From assembly GCA_043228905.1 (NCBI GenBank), contig JBHGNT010000018.1, positions 12,276,001-12,340,000 of the forward strand: a stretch of 64,000 bases of DNA, given 5' to 3'. The translations under genes and the position numbers were made by a program. The stretch is from Azolla caroliniana. Its lineage: Eukaryota; Plantae; Polypodiophyta. The notes below the pieces were generated by a model that saw only the letters and a program-made list of their open reading frames with translations, ran no database searches and was not told the origin of the DNA. Below, piece after piece: positions 63,901-64,000 of the stretch. The first letter of the stretch is position 1. The number at the start of each line of letters is the position of its first letter.

Positions 63901-64000
63901 TTTTCTTCAACTGGTAATAGGAAGTCACCCCCTCCTATTTTCATCCCTTGTATTGTTTCTGGAGTAAACACATGTCCCACCTTTCGTGGGTATCTAATCA

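Larger units (their letters stand above)
60010..64000 (-). mobile_element. Gypsy G4 (non-chromoviral), 3' LTR and degenerate RT-RH-INT; continues beyond window
   Basis: Putative LTR 60010-60999 (TGTCGT..ACGAAA near-inverted ends); PPT AGAGGGGGTGGG 61000-61011; RT DLYSGYDQF, LPQG, FLDDVPIKG; INT CPTC, AYNPEANGKIERGH, FGPY. Confidence 0.9.

Noticed and set aside
1-64000. Orientation bias of nested insertions
   Set aside because: Both same and opposite orientations occur and there are too few events to claim a bias.

Overview
This 64 kb window is eukaryotic repeat DNA, most likely from a non-seed land plant such as a bryophyte, lycophyte or fern (inferred only from the retroelement lineages). 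It contains no recognisable host gene. It is a dense nest of at least 15 LTR-retrotransposon insertions, up to five levels deep: six copies of a Bryco/Lyco-like Copia family (B0-B3, B5, B6), six Tork/Tnt1-like Copia elements (T1-T4, C0, C1), a Tcn1-like chromovirus (G2), a very young non-chromoviral Gypsy with a large extra ORF (G1), a second non-chromoviral Gypsy (G4), a solo LTR and LTR remnants. Element labels are mine. Boundaries, TSDs, PBS and PPT were read by eye. The most unusual observations are: (1) tRNA-like A-box/B-box cassettes with tRNA spacing inside the LTRs of two unrelated protein-coding Gypsy families; (2) an ~880-980 codon third ORF downstream of the G1 integrase; (3) an in-frame ~170-220 aa charged tail after RNase H in the B-family Copia, bracketed by a duplicated PPT and ending in a conserved hairpin; (4) a Tf1-type self-priming signature in G2. 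Lineage names come from remembered motifs, not database searches.
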